DNA of 35,054 nt, taken from contig BLSG01000221.1 in assembly GCA_012862495.1 (NCBI GenBank), forward strand, positions 62,001 to 97,054, given 5' to 3'. This DNA is from Thraustochytrium aureum (lineage: Eukaryota). Positions within the stretch are counted from its first letter, which is position 1; each line of letters starts with the position of its first letter. The notes beneath the pieces were generated by a model. It was not told the origin of the DNA. It saw only the letters and a list, made by a program, of their open reading frames with translations, and did not search any database. Positions 20,280 through 31,768 of this stretch are shown piece after piece. The position numbers and the translations under genes are program-made.

Positions 20280-20544
20280 CTAGTTGAACTGCTGCAGGCC
20301 GGTGTTCTCCTGGCACTGGCGCATGGCGTCAAAGTAGAACTGGCACGCGGCGGCGATGTTGTTGTTCTCCTGGAGGCACTGGTACAGGTCGCGCTGGGGC
20401 ATCGAGCAGGCGCCGCCATCCTGAGCGGCGCCGCTAAAGCTCTGCTGCGGAGCGGCAGCAGGGGCGGCCTGCTGCGCCGGCTCGCTGCTTCCGCCGCTAA
20501 ACATGCCCATCGCGCCGTCCACCATCTTGTGGCCAATCGCGGAC
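20280..20544 (-). CDS. CHCHD2/CHCHD10 (Mix17) mitochondrial intermembrane-space protein, 3' part; 5' end in gap
   Basis: SAIGH end of the hydrophobic helix, GGSSEPA linker, twin CX9C motif CSMPQRDLYQC...CQFYFDAMRQC. Confidence 0.85.
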
Positions 20545-21461
20545 NNNNNNNNNNNNNNNNNNNNNNNNNNNNNNNNNNNNNNNNNNNNNNNNNNNNNNNN
20601 NNNNNNNNNNNNNNNNNNNNNNNNNNNNNNNNNNNNNNNNNNNNNNNNNNNNNNNNNNNNNNNNNNNNNNNNNNNNNNNNNNNNNNNNNNNNNNNNNNNN
20701 NNNNNNNNNNNNNNNNNNNNNNNNNNNNNNNNNNNNNNNNNNNNNNNNNNNNNNNNNNNNNNNNNNNNNNNNNNNNNNNNNNNNNNNNNNNNNNNNNNNN
20801 NNNNNNNNNNNNNNNNNNNNNNNNNNNNNNNNNNNNNNNNNNNNNNNNNNNNNNNNNNNNNNNNNNNNNNNNNNNNNNNNNNNNNNNNNNNNNNNNNNNN
20901 NNNNNNNNNNNNNNNNNNNNNNNNNNNNNNNNNNNNNNNNNNNNNNNNNNNNNNNNNNNNNNNNNNNNNNNNNNNNNNNNNNNNNNNNNNNNNNNNNNNN
21001 NNNNNNNNNNNNNNNNNNNNNNNNNNNNNNNNNNNNNNNNNNNNNNNNNNNNNNNNNNNNNNNNNNNNNNNNNNNNNNNNNNNNNNNNNNNNNNNNNNNN
21101 NNNNNNNNNNNNNNNNNNNNNNNNNNNNNNNNNNNNNNNNNNNNNNNNNNNNNNNNNNNNNNNNNNNNNNNNNNNNNNNNNNNNNNNNNNNNNNNNNNNN
21201 NNNNNNNNNNNNNNNNNNNNNNNNNNNNNNNNNNNNNNNNNNNNNNNNNNNNNNNNNNNNNNNNNNNNNNNNNNNNNNNNNNNNNNNNNNNNNNNNNNNN
21301 NNNNNNNNNNNNNNNNNNNNNNNNNNNNNNNNNNNNNNNNNNNNNNNNNNNNNNNNNNNNNNNNNNNNNNNNNNNNNNNNNNNNNNNNNNNNNNNNNNNN
21401 NNNNNNNNNGTTGAGGCGGCAAGGGCGGGATGCTGACGTGCGGTTGGCTTGGTTGACGCAG

Positions 21462-21917
21462 GCTCTCGTCGCGGGCTCGGACTTTCAGCACATTCTTCGT
21501 GTGTTGAACACCAACATCGATGGCCGCACCAAGGTGATGTACGCCATCACCTCGATCAAGGGTATTGGGCGCCGCTTTGCCAACATCATCTGCAAGAAGG
21601 CTGAGATTGACATGAACAAGCGTGCCGGCGAGCTCAAGCCGGATGAGATCGAGCGCCTTGTGGCGATCATCCAGAACCCGCTGCACTTCCGTATCCCGCA
21701 GTGGTTTCTTAACAGGCAGAAGGACCCCAAGACCGGCAAGTTCTCGCAGGTCTTCGCGAACGGCCTCGAGCAGAAGCTGCGCGACGACATCGAGACGCTC
21801 AAGAAGATGCGCAACCACCGCGGTCTCCGGCACTACTGGGGCATCAAGGTGCGCGGCCAGCACACCAAGACCACCGGCCGCCGCGGCCGGACCGTCGGGA
21901 TCGCTGGCAAGAAGTAA
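21462..21917 (+). CDS. RPS18: 40S ribosomal protein S18 (uS13), main exon; initiator exon in the gap
   Basis: [32 protein letters not shown]...[28 protein letters not shown]. Upstream branch GCTGAC (21432) and acceptor CAG (21459-21461). Confidence 0.97.
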   Translation, partial: ALVAGSDFQHILRVLNTNIDGRTKVMYAITSIKGIGRRFANIICKKAEIDMNKRAGELKPDEIERLVAIIQNPLHFRIPQWFLNRQKDPKTGKFSQVFANGLEQKLRDDIETLKKMRNHRGLRHYWGIKVRGQHTKTTGRRGRTVGIAGKK

Positions 21918-22646
21918 ATTTCTCCCAACTTTTCTCCTATTCTTTTGCCTGCTCTCGATCGCGCCCTCACTTATTCAAATTCAAACTTGGAAAGCTCTCT
22001 TTCGAGCTCAGTGACCACCGAGTACGACCAGTCCCAGCCCGCCGGCCGGCTCGAGCGCGACGACGAGCCCCCAGTTCTGAGTTCTCCACGAACGCAACTC
22101 GTACGGAGTTCTACCCTACTACGAACCTCTGTTTTTCACGAACACTTTCGTTTCCTTCGCTGTTTGACGCATGAACACTGAACTGAACCTGAACAGGATG
22201 GTTTTTTGAATTTTTTGCTTTTTTTGCCAGTTACGACATCATGAGCGATGTATGAGAGGTGGTGGACGAACAACGACAACGAGCGAGCGCGCGCCGAGCA
22301 AGCCCGTTTCGCGCGGAAAGCCGAGCCGGCAACTGCCCGGCCGCCGCGGAAGACGCGCTAGCTAAGGCGCCGGCAGCACGCGGGGCCGGCCGGAGCGCAC
22401 CACTTCGCGGCTTGCACGCACGGCGAGTCGCGCTGCACGCGTCGACCGTGCAGCGCGGACGCGACTTCCCCGCAGCCGGGGCGGCTCGCGCACGCTAGTA
22501 GCTAGAGAAGAGAAGGGAAAGGGAGGGGAGCTCGCAGGCGCGCAAAGGCTCCTCGTCGCTCTGCAGGCAGGGGTCGCAGGCCAAGGTATGGCCCCGTTCC
22601 AAGTTTTTGTGACAATACACCTGCAACACAAGCGAGTGCCCCAGAG

Positions 22647-23820
22647 ATGGGCTTTGAACTTTCGACGAGTCAGCTCGCCGGCATGAACCGCCGGGAGCTG
22701 CAGGCCCTCGCCAAGGCGCACAATGTGCGCGCCAACATGAAAAGCGCCGATATCATTGAGGAACTCGCGCGAATCGCGAGCCAAGCACAGCAGCCCGCCG
22801 CCCCCGCGCTCGCTCCAGCCCGCAAAACGGCCAAGCGCGCGCTGGCAGAGCGAGCTGTTAACAAAGAGAATGTCATGGTCGCCGAAGAAACAGCGCCGAG
22901 AAAGTCGACCGACAAAACCCGCCCGTCCAGAGCGGCGCGCACCTCACGAACCAAGCCGCGCGCTGCCGACCCGGCTGACCAGAGCCCCGCTGGGCCGCCG
23001 CGCGCGCGAAGGGCAGCGTCTCGCACCCGCCGCTCAACCGCGGCAAGCGGCCGCCCGCGCCGCTCCACTGCCGCGGAGGACAGCACCAGCGTTGCCGTTT
23101 GCAGTAAAGCCCGCGCCGCAGCGGGTTCCGCCACCGACACCGCGAAAAGAGGCCGCGCGCTCGCTTGCTGCGGTCAAGCACAAGCGCCTACATGCCATTG
23201 CGACGGCCCAGGCCGCGCAGCAAGCCGCCCGGCGCAATGTGCGCGTTCAGGCGCAACGAGACGAGCGAGCCGCGTTGCGCTCAGTCCTGGGCAGAGCAGC
23301 ACACGACGCGGCAATCGCTGGGCGAGCCCTCCAAGCCCGAGAGCCCCTTGCGACGCGGACTCGAGTTGAGCCGAACGAAGCCCTAGCGGATGCGGAAGCG
23401 CCGAGCAGTCCTGAGCCGCGGGCTCGAGCGCCAGAGGCCGCCGAGGCGGCGCAGCAGAACGAGCCCAGCGCATCTCCTGCGCAGCCCGAATCGCCAAAGC
23501 TAAAGAGCGCGGCGAAGCAGCGCCTGGCGCAGGCGTTTGCCAAGCAGCGCGAGCTGCGCGAGAACCTCGCAAGGTGTCGCGCCGCAACCAAGCGCGCTCG
23601 CGACCAAGACCACGAAGATGCGGTGCTGAAGGAGCGCGAGTTTGCCGACGAGCGCCGTCGATCCATGGAGGCTCGTATGGCCCGCGCTCGGGCCCTTGAG
23701 GAAGAGGCGCTCAGCCTCGGCCTCGACATTGTCAAAGAGAACATACCACCAAAGGAGATGTGTGGCACGGATTGCGGAGGACCTCAGCTGGCGCCGGGCA
23801 CGGAGCCTCGTGTCGAGTAG
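22647..23820 (+). CDS. Protein with N-terminal SAP/HeH-like (NuSAP-type) domain, basic disordered middle and coiled coil; apparent +1 error at 23078-23079
   Basis: LAGMNRRELQALAKAHNVRANMKSADIIEEL resembles the NuSAP N-terminus; KEN motifs (NKENV, VKENIPP). Removing one G joins ORFs 22647.. and ..23820 as AAETAPALPF. Confidence 0.65.
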
Positions 23821-24399
23821 GGTCCTCTCTGACCTTGTTGTGCGCAGCCTCTGCCAAGAGCTTGCTCTCCAGACAGCCTGGCGGCCAATCAGGCAGCCTC
23901 TGAATCGCGCTTTGCCAAGGGTTCGACGTCTTCTCTCTTTCTCTCGAGAGCGAGAGCGGCGGCGAACGCTGCCATCTGCTGTTCACAGAGCAACCTAAAC
24001 GGCGCCCGCTTTCTCGTGGCCGAGCTTGCTGTTCACAGACCAANNNNNNNNNNNNNNNNNNNNNNNNNNNNNNNNNNNNNNNNNNNNNNNNNNNNNNNNN
24101 NNNNNNNNNNNNNNNNNNNNNNNNNNNNNNNNNNNNNNNNNNNNNNNNNNNNNNNNNNNNNNNNNNNNNNNNNNNNNNNNNNNNNNNNNNNNNNNNNNNN
24201 NNNNNNNNNNNNNNNNNNNNNNNNNNNNNNNNNNNNNNNNNNNNNNNNNNNNNNNNNNNNCCGCTTTCTCGTGGCCGAGCTTGCTGTTCACAGACCAACC
24301 GCTTTCTTTTGGCCATATTGTTTTCTGAGTTGTTTTCTACTTGTACAGTTGCGCGAGGCATGACGCACCCGTCCCACCGGCCCAGGCCTCGAGACGGGC

Positions 24400-25257
24400 T
24401 CACGCGGCGTTTGGCTTGGGGAAAATGCGTATAATGAGGTAAGCGAAAAACCACAGCGCGAGCGTCATGGCCGCCATCAGGAAGCTCTTCTTACAGTTGA
24501 AGGCCGTCGACGAAAACGAAATGTCCAGCAGCTTGGTCATCCGCTCCATGTAGTCGAGGTTTTCGTCGGCCTGTTCGGCTACGTCGGAGAGGTGCTTCGT
24601 CTGCCCCTTCACCATCTGGCCCGCATTCTCGACCCTCTGGCGCAGGGTGCCGAGCATTGTGGACAGGTTGCCGGTCACTTCTTCCTTTTCGCGCTGTGAT
24701 TGCTCAAACTGCTTGCGAAGGGCGTCCGCGCCGCCGCTGCCGTTCGTGCTCATCACGTCCTCGAACGATCGTTGAGCACCTGCCGCGGACGTCGAGGCGA
24801 AAAGAGCGGCCCGGGCTTCTGCTGCCGCACTGCTGCTGCTGCTGCTGCTTTCTTGGTTGCTGTGTCCCGAGGCGGGCTCGTCTCGCGCCCCAGCGTGGCT
24901 TTCAGCACTATCTCGGCGTGTTCCAGTGTGCGGCTGTTCTGAGCGGCCAGAGTCGCTGTCCTGGGACCCGCCGCCCGAGCCAGTCAGCGCCGTATCGCGC
25001 ATCAAGTGTGCCTGCTGCGCAAGGAAACTCTCGAATATCCCAAGCTTCTTCGTCACAGTGAGGATCTCGTCGTCGTGGAGGGCAGCGCCTTGGCCACCGT
25101 CTGCATCCCTCGCACGCGCCACACGCTCCTGCAGGCCGCGTAGCGTCTCCACATAAGCCTGGAGTCGAACAACATCTCTCCTATCCGGTGCGCTGCGCAG
25201 CACGATCGCCTCGCACGCGCGGCAAAGGCGCCGCAGGTTGACTGCCTCCGCTGCCAT
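24400..25257 (-). CDS. USE1: ER Qc-SNARE USE1, 285 aa
   Basis: N-terminal VNLRRLCRACE...LQAYVETL, SNARE helix with ADENL, C-terminal TM ending IIRIFPKP. Confidence 0.85.
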   Translation of the reverse strand: MAAEAVNLRRLCRACEAIVLRSAPDRRDVVRLQAYVETLRGLQERVARARDADGGQGAALHDDEILTVTKKLGIFESFLAQQAHLMRDTALTGSGGGSQDSDSGRSEQPHTGTRRDSAESHAGARDEPASGHSNQESSSSSSSAAAEARAALFASTSAAGAQRSFEDVMSTNGSGGADALRKQFEQSQREKEEVTGNLSTMLGTLRQRVENAGQMVKGQTKHLSDVAEQADENLDYMERMTKLLDISFSSTAFNCKKSFLMAAMTLALWFFAYLIIRIFPKPNAA

Positions 25258-25441
25258 TGTTGCTGCAGGTTTTGCTTCTCCTCGTCCTCCTCCTTCTCCG
25301 ACTCGGCGTTGCTCCGTACGAATTAAAGAACAAGGGTTAAAAAGACAGGCGTGTACGTACGAAAGTTGAGGAAACTTTTTAAAAGGTTTGGATTTGTGTC
25401 CGACTTTAGATGGGGTGCATGTAGGCCTACCGGTAATGTCG

Positions 25442-25449
25442 TGACGTGG
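25442..25449. promoter_or_regulatory. Candidate bZIP/UPRE-type element TGACGTGG about 185 bp upstream of the USE1 ATG
   Basis: gtgacgtggc at 25441-25450; matches the UPRE consensus TGACGTGG/A (CCACGTCA on the gene strand). Single 8-mer only. Confidence 0.3.
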
Positions 25450-26704
25450 CAAGTTTGATCAAGACAGGACGGCCACGAACGTCTCCCACATCCTTTCGTC
25501 CACCACATGTGGAGCGGAGCCGCGTTGAGACCCATCGAATAGGCCTAGTACTCATTGTGTGTTGGTGAAAGTGTTTGTCTGCACGAAACTCGAGGGGGTA
25601 CCCCGCACGAAACCAAGTACACCAAAACGAAACGATAATCAATCTAATTGTGGCAGGCAGTGGGCGGCAAGCGAAAGACGAGTTTTGCAATCATCAGCTT
25701 GCCAAGGCACGGGATCGAGTCACTNNNNNNNNNNNNNNNNNNNNNNNNNNNNNNNNNNNNNNNNNNNNNNNNNNNNNNNNNNNNNNNNNNNNNNNNNNNN
25801 NNNNNNNNNNNNNNNNNNNNNNNNNNNNNNNNNNNNNNNNNNNNNNNNNNNNNNNNNNNNNNNNNNNNNNNNNNNNNNNNNNNNNNNNNNNNNNNNNNNN
25901 NNNNNNNNNNNNNNNNNNNNNNNNNNNNNNNNNNNNNNNNNNNNNNNNNNNNNNNNNNNNNNNNNNNNNNNNNNNNNNNNNNNNNNNNNNNNNNNNNNNN
26001 NNNNNNNNNNNNNNNNNNNNNNNNNNNNNNNNNNNNNNNNNNNNNNNNNNNNNNNNNNNNNNNNNNNNNNNNNNNNNNNNNNNNNNNNNNNNNNNNNNNN
26101 NNNNNNNNNNNNNNNNNNNNNNNNNNNNNNNNNNNNNNNNNNNNNNNNNNNNNNNNNNNNNNNNNNNNNNNNNNNNNNNNNNNNNNNNNNNNNNNNNNNN
26201 NNNNNNNNNNNNNNNNNNNNNNNNNNNNNNNNNNNNNNNNNNNNNNNNNNNNNNNNNNNNNNNNNNNNNNNNNNNNNNNNNNNNNNNNNNNNNNNNNNNN
26301 NNNNNNNNNNNNNNNNNNNNNNNNNNNNNNNNNNNNNNNNNNNNNNNNNNNNNNNNNNNNNNNNNNNNNNNNNNNNNNNNNNNNNNNNNNNNNNNNNNNN
26401 NNNNNNNNNNNNNNNNNNNNNNNNNNNNNNNNNNNNNNNNNNNNNNNNNNNNNNNNNNNNNNNNNNNNNNNNNNNNNNNNNCCGCCCTTGCGCGCAAGCG
26501 AGCAAACGAGCAATTCTTAGAGTACCGTTGTTGCAAATGGGTGAAAGAGCAGAACTCGCCGAGTACAGCAGACCCGCAACCGCAGCAGCAGCGCAGCAGC
26601 AGCGGCGGCAGCGGCGGCGGCGGTCGAGGCTGCGACTGCTTGCTTGGCGTTGCGGGTGGTACGCTGCTTGCGTTTCCGGTCGTGGACCGGCGGTTCGCAA
26701 AGGA

Positions 26705-29700
26705 ATGGGGGGCGGCAGGTCGAAGCCCAAGGTGGCTCAAGAGAAGGCGCGAGATGAGGGCGGCGGCGCCGTGAAGAAGACGCAGATTGCGCCAGAGAAG
26801 ACGCAGGGCGCGAGTAAGGAAGGCACGCAAGCAACGGTGAAAGCGCAGAGTGCGGCGCAGGAGAAAGAGAAGGCAGCGGCAAAGCCTGACTCGACGGTCG
26901 CGCAACGGCCGCGTCGGGGCAGCGCGCCGACGATTGCCGCCGAAGCCGAGGCGTTCCTGAAACTGAACAAGGCAAGGCTCGAGCAAACGAGAACGGTTCG
27001 CGTGTTTATCTCGTCCACGTTTCGTGACTTTGCTCTGGAACGCGACTACCTCATGCGCCACGCCCTTCCGCGCCTCCGCCACGTGGGCGAGTCCCGCGGC
27101 GTGACGGTCGTCTTTGTCGATCTTCGATGGGGTGTGACAAGCGAAGAAAGCAGCGGCGGGGCAGTCGTCAAGCTCTGCCTTCAGGAAATTGACGCCTGCC
27201 GTCCGTTCTTTGTCGGCATGCTCGGCGAACGGTACGGGTGGCACCTGGATCCGACAAAAGGGGAAGAGGAGAACGGACTCCTCGAAAAAACAATCCAGAT
27301 TGGCCAAGACATTTACCCCTGGGTTGGCAATTTTCGAGACAGGTCTGTCACGGAGCTCGAGATGCTGCATGGCGCGCTTCTCAAGCCGGAATTAGCAGAG
27401 TTTGTAACGTTTTACTTTCGCCAGCACGAGGAGTTCAAAGCCGCCATGAGCGCGCAGATACCAGAGTCTGACCTTGCAGCGTACGAGGCCGAGAGCGACT
27501 ACGCAAAGGCGGGGCAAGACCGGCTCAAGCAAGAAATCCGGGAAAAGTTCGCTGCCAATATTTTTGACTACGCGCACGTGAAAGAGCTCTCAGACAAGCT
27601 GGTGGAGGACATCACGCGCGCGATTGAAGCCGAGTTCCCGATCGACGAAGGCAGCTTTGACCGCTGGGATGCTGTAGCTCTCCAGCACAAGGCTTTTGCT
27701 GCGTCCCGCCGCATGGGGTATGTCGCAAACGCAGATGCCATGGAGGCACTGGACAGGTTTGCCTCGTCGTGCAGTCCGGTCGCGGTCTGGGGCCCGTCTG
27801 GGCTCGGCAAGTCGGCCATGTTGGCGAACTGGGTCACCTACTATTCCACCAAGGAGCCCTCTGCGCTCATCTTCGCACACTACATTGGCTGCACCACGGA
27901 GAGCACAGACCACTTTCACATCATGCGCCGCATGCTCGTGTTCTTTTGCAAGGCGCTGGAGATCAACCTCGAGGACTTTAACGAAGGCGGCGACCTCAAC
28001 AAAGCCGCCGCGGCCGCCAAGGCCAAAGCCGCGGCAAACGGCGAGGTCGAGCTCGGCGAGCATGTGCTGGCGATCAACGAGGAGCGACTGATCGAAATCT
28101 TCCCAGACTTTCTTGTCACGGTGGTGGCCAAGGCCGAGCAGAAAGCGCGCAGGCCCGTTGTGGTCCTCGACGGCCTGGACCAGCTGGAGGACAAGTCGAA
28201 CGCGCATACGCTATTCTGGCTCCCGTCAATCAACGGCCTGCACTACGTCTGCGCAATCAAGAAGGTGGAGTTTGAGCGCCCTAGGCTTAGCCACCTGCCG
28301 TCTGGCCGCGGCATCGAGGACCTTATGGCCGGCGCCACCGCCCCTGACGAAACTGACAGCGATTCCGACGAAGACGAAAAGCAGGATGGCGCTGCGCGAG
28401 TAGGCGCTGCTGCTTGCGCCTCGGAGACGCGCAGTGGAGACACGGCCCCCAACGCGGAACGCGAGGCCTTGTCCAAGTCGATGCGAGTACAGAGCCTCGT
28501 GCAAGCGGAGCGCAAGCGCACGGATCGAACCTTGACGGAGCACGGCCACAAACACGCGCAGACCGCGCAGCGGTACTGGGAGCAACGCAAGTGGGCGCTG
28601 TGGGAGGTCTCTGAGCTGGTCCCTCAAGAGCAGCGCAGCTTTATTGTCGGATACCTGAAGGAGCACGCGAAAAAGCTTGACGAGACCCAGATTGGGATGG
28701 TCCTGGGCGCGCGGCCGGCGCACAATCCGCTCTTTCTGCGCACGCTCTTGGACGAGGCGCGCCTCTTTGGCAACTTTTTCGAGCTAACCAACCACTTGGG
28801 CCACTTGCTCGAGGCAACGACCAACACGGAGCTCTACGTGCGAATTCTGCGCCGTATGGGCGAAGAGTGCGGGGAAGATGTCACCAGGTGGGCGGCTGGT
28901 CTGGTACTCTGTGCCCGAGACGGGATCACAGACGATGAGCTTCGGAGCGTTCTCACAAAGGACCTTCCGCCCATGTGCTGTGGGGGCGCCGCTTACAAAA
29001 AGCCAACCTCCGCCCATTCATTCTCGCGGGAGNNNNNNNNNNNNNNNNNNNNNNNNNNNNNNNNNNNNNNNNNNNNNNNNNNNNNNNNNNNNNNNTGTGC
29101 GGCAATTCGTGCAGCTGCTGTTCGGGCTGCGCGAGCAACTCTGCTCTACGAGCGGATTTCTGCGCCTCTTTCACGACGCGGCGAAGGATGGCGTCAAGCA
29201 GGTCATTGGGGACGAGGAGCGGGGCGCGGAGCTTCTACACGCTCGTCTGGCGCACTACTTTGGCTCGTTGCAGGTCGAAGTTGAGGCGGCTGATGACGCT
29301 GTGGCTCTGCGGGATCTATTCGCTCGCCAGTTGCGCGAGTACCCGTTCCACTTGAATAAATCTGGCCAGCATTCACTTTTGGCCGAGTACTTGTCGAGGC
29401 AACCTGTGCTCGACGCAATGCTCCGCGACGAGTCGACAAAGTACGAGCTCATCGCCTACTGGCGCGCAATCGAGCATGCGTGGGCGGACAACGAGCCCTC
29501 GGCTGTCGACGCTCTCACCGGGCGACCGGCGGCCAGCGCAGAGGCGTACTTGTGCTCAATCGCCGCGGAGGCGAAAAGAGGCATCCCCGACGAGCTCAAC
29601 GCGCAGACCGCAAAGACGATGCGCGAGGAGCTTCTTGCTGCGTCAAAGGTGCTGGACGGCCTTTCGACCTTGCTGGTCATGCTGAGCCTCTACGACGGCG

Positions 29701-31447
29701 CAGTGCAGATTCGCGAGACAGAGATTGCGTACAATACTGCGCTGTACGGGGCCGTCCACGACAAGATTTCCGTGTCTTGCAGCGAGCTCGCAGACGTGTA
29801 CGAGCGCGTTTACTGCAAATATGATGTCTCCATGGCGCTCAAGTCGCGCGCAGTCGAAATCGACCGCAAGCTGTACGGCGAGGAGAACCGCCAGCTCGCG
29901 GTCGGGTACGACAACCTCGCGCTTTTGCACCTTAAAATGGGGAGCTACGAGCAGGCGCGCGAGATGTACAGCAAGTCGCTCGCGATCAAGGAGAAAGTCT
30001 GCGGCCCGCACCATCGGGACGTCGCGCAAACGGTCTGCTCGCTTGGCCTGCTTCACGAGGAGCTTGGCCAGTACCACGACGCCGCCAAGTGGTACCAACG
30101 GAGCCTGGAGATCCGCACGAAAGCGTTTGGGCCCGCGCACCCGTCCGTAGCGCGGTCCCAGATCGACATCGGGATGCTGCAGCTCAAGGACCCCTCGGCG
30201 AGCAGCAACCCGCGCGAAACAGCCCTGCCCCTGGTCAAACAGGGTTACGAGAGTCTCGTGGCAACCCTCGGGATGACGCACAGCGACGTGGCCGCAGCGG
30301 CCAACAATCTCGGCCTTGTCTACTCGCGCCTTGAGGAGCACAGCGTCGCGCTAAAGTATCACCTCGAGGCGAAGACCATCCAGGTCGTGCGTCTCGGCGA
30401 CGACCACCCGGCGTACGCGGCGACGTGCATCAACATCGGCTCGGTCTGCCAGGAGCTCGCACAAGACGCCTCTCGCAAAACGGACGACGGCAAAGACGAG
30501 GCCAAGTATACGACAAGCGCGGAAGACCACTACTCACAGGCAGTACTAATCTACCGGGTCAAGGTTGGCGAGGACCACCCCGAGCTGGCGACCGCGCTCC
30601 AAAACCTGGGGACTCTGCACTATGACGCTGTCTGTCGCGACGCGGCCGCTCTCACGGACTTGCGCAGTGAGTTGGAGCGCGCAGCCGACCCGAGCGAGGC
30701 GCTTCAAATCAAAGACGAGGCGGAAGCTGCCCTCGGAAGGATCCGCGAAGGCCTTGAAGCGGCCTGCACTTCGCTCCAGGAGGCGCTCGCGATCCGCAGC
30801 AAGGTCCTCGGCGCCGAGCACCCCAACACTCTGGCAAGCAAAGAGNNNNNNNNNNNNNNNNNNNNNNNNNNNNNNNNNNNNNNNNNNNNNNNNNNNNNNN
30901 NNNNNNNNNNNNNNNNNNNNNNNNNNNNNNNNNNNNNNNNNNNNNNNNNNNNNNNNNNNNNNNNNNNNNNNNNNNNNNNNNNNNNNNNNNNNNNNNNNNN
31001 NNNNNNNNNNNNNNNNNNNNNNNNNNNNNNNNNNNNNNNNNNNNNNNNNNNNNNNNNNNNNNNNNNNNNNNNNAGCTGTGTCAGACGCGGCTGGATCGCG
31101 TCGTGTCAAGCGACGGGGAGGACCTCGCCCTGGACGTCGGCGCAGAGGACGCTGGCGAGTTCGACGACCTCCTCGAAGCGTGCAGAGACGACTACACCCA
31201 GCTGATTCCGCTTGTCGAGGGCGCATTTGTCGGCGTGGGCCAGCAGCGTGAATCCACGATCCCTCTGCAGGGAAATCTCTTTGTTAAAGTGCTCGATCGT
31301 GCGTCGCGCGACTTGGCCATTGAGAACCCCCGCGATGAGGACGTTAGCGATGCAGCTGAGAAGCTGGGGCTGCGCAAGGGCCAGGGCGCCGACGTCGACC
31401 TCGTTGCCAAAGTATTGCACAGCATCTTGCTGGAGACGTACCTGTAG
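26705..31447 (+). CDS. Nephrocystin-3/TTC41-like DUF4062-NACHT NTPase-TPR protein, spanning two gaps
   Basis: MGGGRS start; DUF4062 VRVFISSTFRDFALERDYL...VDLRWGV; Walker A GPSGLGKS; Walker B VVVLDGLDQL; NPLFL; kinesin-light-chain-type TPRs (G..HP.VA...NNLG). Last segment 31074-31447 joined by inference. Confidence 0.85.
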
Positions 31448-31768
31448 GACTGGGCGGCCGGCGCTCTACGACGTTGCCTTTCGAATTCGTCCCGTGGCGC
31501 GAGCGGCCTTGCGGATGGCGCGTGATGGCGCGGAGCCCATCTGCTCGATCAACGGAGAAAAGAGAATCGAAAAATGCATACAATTAGCAAGCAGCTTGTT
31601 TCTCCCGTTCGGCTCCACAGGCGAATTACGCCCACCTTCAGCGGAGCCTCGTTTTTCTCTTTGAACGGCCAACAAGCACCAACATCGTCTGAGAAGGTAC
31701 ATAGGTACTCGCCCTCCTCTGCCCTTTGTTGCGACGAACACGTTCGCTCACGTCCAGTGAAAGTTGGT

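Noticed and set aside
20166..21917. 583-aa and 527-aa ORFs spanning the gap
   Set aside because: Artefacts of translating through Ns; actually divergent CHCHD and RPS18 genes
22200..22230. T-rich tract with TTTGAA (CHR-like element or Pol III terminator) upstream of the NuSAP-like gene
   Set aside because: Short motif in a T-run, far from the ATG, and no upstream Pol III gene recognised
25690..25724. tRNA T-loop-like GGGATCGAGTC at the gap edge
   Set aside because: No proper TTCGA arm or acceptor stem could be built
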